Below, one piece after another: positions 55,436-59,340 of a stretch of 59,340 nt of DNA. Where the stretch lies: positions 1 through 59,340 of IMG/VR virus record IMGVR_UViG_3300021961_000104; one strand, 5' to 3'. Each line of letters begins with the position of its first letter. The stretch's first letter is position 1. The notes under the pieces were generated by a model. It did not search any database and was not told the DNA's origin. It saw only the letters and a program-made list of their open reading frames with translations. The position numbers and the translations under genes were made by a program. Source of the stretch: a virus. Its lineage: Duplodnaviria; Caudoviricetes.

Positions 55436-55466
55436 ATTTAATTTAATTTGATTTGATTGGTTTGGT

Positions 55467-55757
55467 TTATTTAAAGGTTTTTACTACTTTTGGTCCTTTT
55501 GAAAATTCGACTTTATTTTTGTAGTGTTCTACGGTTTGATCAATTGCAGTCTCTGCTCCTTCTAGCGTTTCACGTCTTGTTACGTCGTGCCATTGAGATT
55601 CGACATGTTGATCTTGGTACTCTGTTTGATAAAAACCGTTTACTAATTGAACTATTCTCCAATTGCTTTTATTAGCAATGTGTTTCCATAGTTCTAAACG
55701 TTGTTCATCTGGTTGTGATTGACTAGACCACGAATTAGTCTGGTAAAATAGTGTCAT
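55467..55757 (-). CDS. Hypothetical protein
   Basis: ORF track. Confidence 0.75.
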   Translation of the reverse strand: MTLFYQTNSWSSQSQPDEQRLELWKHIANKSNWRIVQLVNGFYQTEYQDQHVESQWHDVTRRETLEGAETAIDQTVEHYKNKVEFSKGPKVVKTFK

Positions 55758-55843
55758 TGGTTTTGGTTTTTAATGTTTATTATTGGTTTCGCTTGTAAGC
55801 GATGTTTTTATTATTACAGGTTTTATTAGTAAATTACCTTTTA

Positions 55844-56632
55844 CTAAACAACCCTTATTCTTAAATTTCCATCATTTCTTCTGTATAAACCATACAATGG
55901 TACACCAAGAATAGCAGCATCGACATCAGACTGCGCAACTATTAAATCCGGCATGATTATTTTTTCTAAGCTTAATTCAATAGAAAATCCGTCAATTTTA
56001 TGAGTACTAACACCAACTTCTCCTGCATTTAATTCGTATTTAACAGTTAAGTTTTCTTCTACAGCTGTTTCTGGTAGAACAATTTTACCCCCAGTTTCGT
56101 AAGCAATAGAGTCACCTATTTCAGTTGTAGATGTAAATTTTGGTATATAATTTATTGTTCCAGAAACAACTCCAGATCCAGGTATACCTTGTGGTCCTTG
56201 TGGTCCAGTTGCACCAGTTGGTCCGGTTGGTCCAGTCGCTCCAGCTGTTCCAGCGGTTCCAGCTGGCCCTTGAATACCTTGTGGTCCTCTTAATGGACCT
56301 ATATTAATCCAAGCTAAGCTAGCGGCCCAAACCCAACCATCTCCAGTATCGTCAGTAATGTATAAATCACCAACGGTATTACCAGAAGTTGGTAAACTAG
56401 TAGATGTAGGTACTGTGCCTAAAATATTTATAGATGTACCATCATTACCAGCAGGTCCTTGAGGTCCAGCAGGTCCAGTAGCTCCACCTTCCCCAGTTGG
56501 CACGTAAGAAGTTACAAGATTTATTAAACTTTGAACAGTGAAATTAGCTGTAACTATATCGCTCATTTCAGTTCCAATTAATAGATCTTCTACTGTTGGA
56601 TTTTTTATTGGGTAACTATTAGTGATTGCCAT
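55844..56632 (-). CDS. Collagen-like fibre/spike protein
   Basis: Two Gly-X-Y blocks (GATGPAGPQGPAG; GPQGIQGPAGTAG...). Confidence 0.85.
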   Translation of the reverse strand: MAITNSYPIKNPTVEDLLIGTEMSDIVTANFTVQSLINLVTSYVPTGEGGATGPAGPQGPAGNDGTSINILGTVPTSTSLPTSGNTVGDLYITDDTGDGWVWAASLAWINIGPLRGPQGIQGPAGTAGTAGATGPTGPTGATGPQGPQGIPGSGVVSGTINYIPKFTSTTEIGDSIAYETGGKIVLPETAVEENLTVKYELNAGEVGVSTHKIDGFSIELSLEKIIMPDLIVAQSDVDAAILGVPLYGLYRRNDGNLRIRVV

Positions 56633-56641
56633 TTTGTATAT

Positions 56642-56986
56642 TTATTTTGGTTCAGCCACTGGCTCACCAATTGTTAGCGTAATAGACTTAGGGTTAATTA
56701 AGTCAGCAATCTGTGAAGCAATATTAGTTTCAATAGATGCAACTTGCTCGTCACCCATAGTCGCTTTTGTCCAAGCCACTACCTCTTCATTAGTAAGTTC
56801 ATCAAATGGTATGAAGTCAGTAATACCACTAGTATCTAAAACTTGAGTTCCAATATTAGTTGCGCTGACATCAGCATCTTCATCTTTACCTATTACTATC
56901 CAGTGTACGTTATACACAACATCTGTGTAATCCCCGTCTGTAGGGTAAACGTCTACAGTTTTGCAATTCCAATCGTAAGTAATCAT
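56642..56986 (-). CDS. Tail-fibre-associated protein
   Basis: VVYNVHW...FIPFDELT.E.V..W pattern; fibre module context. Confidence 0.7.
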   Translation of the reverse strand: MITYDWNCKTVDVYPTDGDYTDVVYNVHWIVIGKDEDADVSATNIGTQVLDTSGITDFIPFDELTNEEVVAWTKATMGDEQVASIETNIASQIADLINPKSITLTIGEPVAEPK

Positions 56987-57007
56987 AGTTTATTGTTTTT
57001 GTTGTTA

Positions 57008-57451
57008 TTATTTTGAGCAAGTCGCTACATTAGTTACTACCCCACTTGTATTAGTAGTGTAAGCTATAGAAACTGCTCCAGCTTCTGCTTTTCTATTTCC
57101 AGAACTCAATGTTATTGTTCCAGCTGCATTAGTGTAAACAGTGTCATTAACAGCAGGTAAAGCCCCAGTTCCATTGTGATAATAGCCTCCTTCTGCAAGA
57201 CCATTAAGACAAGCTGAATTTCTGGTAGGATAAGATACGCTGTCCGAAGCAAAAAGAGTAAGAGTTGGACCAGCGCTAGCTCCATAAAAATCATCCATTT
57301 TAATAGCACCAGTTGGCACTCCAGCTAAGTCTCTTAAATCAGTGTCTCCTAAGCCAGATGTAGCATTTTGCGCTTTGCCAAGTTCTAAATTAATAGACTC
57401 ACCGACAGTTGTTCCACCTATAGATAATACGCCTGATGTATTAAGAGCCAT
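57008..57451 (-). CDS. Short fibre/tail-associated protein
   Basis: MALxxSG..S...SINLELG...LRDLAG..GAIxMxDFYG. Confidence 0.7.
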   Translation of the reverse strand: MALNTSGVLSIGGTTVGESINLELGKAQNATSGLGDTDLRDLAGVPTGAIKMDDFYGASAGPTLTLFASDSVSYPTRNSACLNGLAEGGYYHNGTGALPAVNDTVYTNAAGTITLSSGNRKAEAGAVSIAYTTNTSGVVTNVATCSK

Positions 57452-59339
57452 AACTTTCTAATTTAGCTTTTAGTTCATCAATTTGTTTTTGCTGTTCTTT
57501 CATAGCTTCAATAAGTAATCCAACCATATTGCCATAGGCAACTGCTTTCATACCATTGTCATCTGTTTCTACAACCTCTGGTAATACTTCTTCAACTTCT
57601 TGTGCTATTACACCAATACAAGTTTTTTCTTCACCTATCTTGTTGAATTCAACACCTCTTAGTTTATTTACTTTTTCAAGAGCACTATCTATTGTTTTGA
57701 TATTTTCTTTTACCCTAACATCAGAAAACGCTATAACGTTACCAGTTGCTCTAATAGTACCAGTAACATCTAATTCATAAACTGGCGTTGGGGTTAATAT
57801 ACCAAAATATCCATTAGATTGTAATATTCTTGCTCTTTCAAGACCATTAGTAGCTATAGCAACACCAAAGTAACCTGATAATACTAACGGAATAGAAGCA
57901 GAACTTCCGCATGATAATCCATAATGAGCAGTGTCAGCACCATTTAAAGTAAAACTATCTCCAACATTAAATCCAATTTTTACACCATTAGCACTTTCTG
58001 TTGTTTCAATGTTACCAGTAACTGCAAGTTTTTCAGTAGGATTTGTGATATTAATACCGACGTTGCCAGCAGAGTCAATAACTACTCTATCAACCTCAGT
58101 TCCAAGTGTACCAGTCATAAATTTAATACCACCATATTCACTAACTAAATTAAGTAAATCGCTAGCATCAAGATGTTGAATATATGATCTTCTAGTTCCT
58201 GCTTGATAAAAAGACATAAAAGGATTACCAGTTGCGCTACTATCGTCTAATACTAATAACTGACCAGTAGTGCCTGATAATTCTAGTTTTGCCGATGGAC
58301 TAGTAGTACCAATCCCAACGTTACCATTAGAAATAATACGCATATATTCACTACCATTGGTATTAAATGTCATTGCGTTTGTTGAATGCTGGTATCTTAT
58401 ACGACCAATAGCACCATTTTGCGGATCGCCAAAAGCTATTGAACCATAATTTGTATTTGGGCTTAAAATAGTTAAGCCTGTATCACCGCTACCTTCAATT
58501 ACTGCATCATTTAGACCATTTAAAGAAGTGGCTCCAATACTTCCTTTAGAAACTACAAATCTCTCACCAGCATTAAAAGTTGTTACTCCAATCCCAACGT
58601 TGCCACCATTAAAATGGGTTATACCAGAAGATCTAATTGCTACAGTTGTATCACCAGCGCCTGTGCTTGCAAATAATGCAGCGTTAATTCCTCCTGGTTC
58701 ATACGCATGGATATTTCCAGCAACTTGTAATTTTTCATTAGGACTAGTTGTACCAATACCAACATTGCCACCGTTGAAATATGAACTACCAGCTGTATTT
58801 AAAGAAATTGTAGCTAATTGGCCATTGGCATATAAAACAGTTTGAGCGTTATCTAAACTGTCTATATAAAAATTATGAGTTATACTGTCATCAGTATCTT
58901 CTCTTATAAGTAGTGCATTTGAATTTGTAGCAGAGTGAATATCTAATTTAGCCCCAGGACTAGGAGTTCCAATCCCTACGTTGCCGCTGGAGTCAATACG
59001 CATTGTTTCAGTTATAGCGCCAGCATCTGTTACTGAACCAAATGTTGTAAGTCCAGAAGCTCCGCCAATATACGACGTGGAGTTTGCCACATCTCCATTA
59101 CCAATAGTTAGATATGCAAAACCTGTAGATGATTTAATCTGTAATAGATTGTTGCTTAAATTACCGTTTGGTGCAAATGTTGCAGAACCAATTTGTAATT
59201 TGGCTCCTGGACTAGTCGTTCCAATCCCGACGTTGCCTGACGAAGAAAATGTTACATCTTGACTTCCTGAAGGGAAAAATTTAATATCACCAGAAGTACC
59301 TGGTTTTAATGTTATATTGCCTATTAAACCAGTGCCACC
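57441..59339 (-). CDS. Tail fibre with GNVGIG repeats and C-terminal intramolecular chaperone (peptidase S74); 5' end beyond window
   Basis: Frame stays open from 59090 to window edge; repeated GNVGIGTTSP; SDVRVKENI...GVIAQE. Confidence 0.9.
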   Translation of the reverse strand, partial: GGTGLIGNITLKPGTSGDIKFFPSGSQDVTFSSSGNVGIGTTSPGAKLQIGSATFAPNGNLSNNLLQIKSSTGFAYLTIGNGDVANSTSYIGGASGLTTFGSVTDAGAITETMRIDSSGNVGIGTPSPGAKLDIHSATNSNALLIREDTDDSITHNFYIDSLDNAQTVLYANGQLATISLNTAGSSYFNGGNVGIGTTSPNEKLQVAGNIHAYEPGGINAALFASTGAGDTTVAIRSSGITHFNGGNVGIGVTTFNAGERFVVSKGSIGATSLNGLNDAVIEGSGDTGLTILSPNTNYGSIAFGDPQNGAIGRIRYQHSTNAMTFNTNGSEYMRIISNGNVGIGTTSPSAKLELSGTTGQLLVLDDSSATGNPFMSFYQAGTRRSYIQHLDASDLLNLVSEYGGIKFMTGTLGTEVDRVVIDSAGNVGINITNPTEKLAVTGNIETTESANGVKIGFNVGDSFTLNGADTAHYGLSCGSSASIPLVLSGYFGVAIATNGLERARILQSNGYFGILTPTPVYELDVTGTIRATGNVIAFSDVRVKENIKTIDSALEKVNKLRGVEFNKIGEEKTCIGVIAQEVEEVLPEVVETDDNGMKAVAYGNMVGLLIEAMKEQQKQIDELKAKLESYGS

Positions 59340-59340
59340 T

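Noticed and set aside
59088-59090. GTG at 59090 as the tail-fibre start
   Set aside because: Frame stays open to the window edge and contains another GNVGIG repeat, so the gene is truncated.
21150-59262. Plus-strand and nested ORFs in the right arm (e.g. 21348, 24609, 33445, 39904, 47166, 47734, 54156, 57112, 58528, 58981)
   Set aside because: Antisense or off-frame shadows of long structural genes.
631-59339. Stop-codon reassignment as in some crAss-like phages
   Set aside because: Standard code already gives long, tightly coupled genes; TAA, TAG and TGA all end plausible ORFs.

Overview
Most of the genome of a lytic, AT-rich dsDNA podo-type phage, probably infecting Bacteroidota/Flavobacteriia (inferred from a Q-rule signal peptide, tmRNA-like 5' end and crAss-like tail proteins). 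The + strand arm (about 0.6-19.7 kb) has a repeat-rich left end, many small early genes behind six copies of a non-canonical promoter-like motif, and three tRNA-like RNAs. It then carries ligase, a sigma factor, ERF/RecE/SSB, primase-helicase, a thymidylate synthase-fold enzyme, MazG-like proteins, an endonuclease and class I RNR; no DNA polymerase or integrase is visible. The - strand arm (19.8-59.3 kb) encodes lysis genes, a 2916-aa virion protein, tail, capsid, portal, terminase, a cluster of small basic proteins, GroES/GroEL and tail fibres, truncated at the window edge. Main candidate novelties: (1) the giant virion protein looks like a polyprotein, with a repeated [AS][KM][AE]SKR linker separating a zincin peptidase, a sigma70-like module, a possible nuclease and a HAD phosphatase with a nested P-loop kinase, possibly serving the unusual early promoters; (2) two mini-RNAs that mimic only the tRNA-like domain of tmRNA (G3:U70); (3) an inverted pair of about 47-bp operator/origin-like sites tied to an HTH gene; (4) leader-tagged small proteins plus a small metallopeptidase; (5) a cytosine-type thymidylate synthase homologue. 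All calls are by-eye motif recognition; no searches were run.
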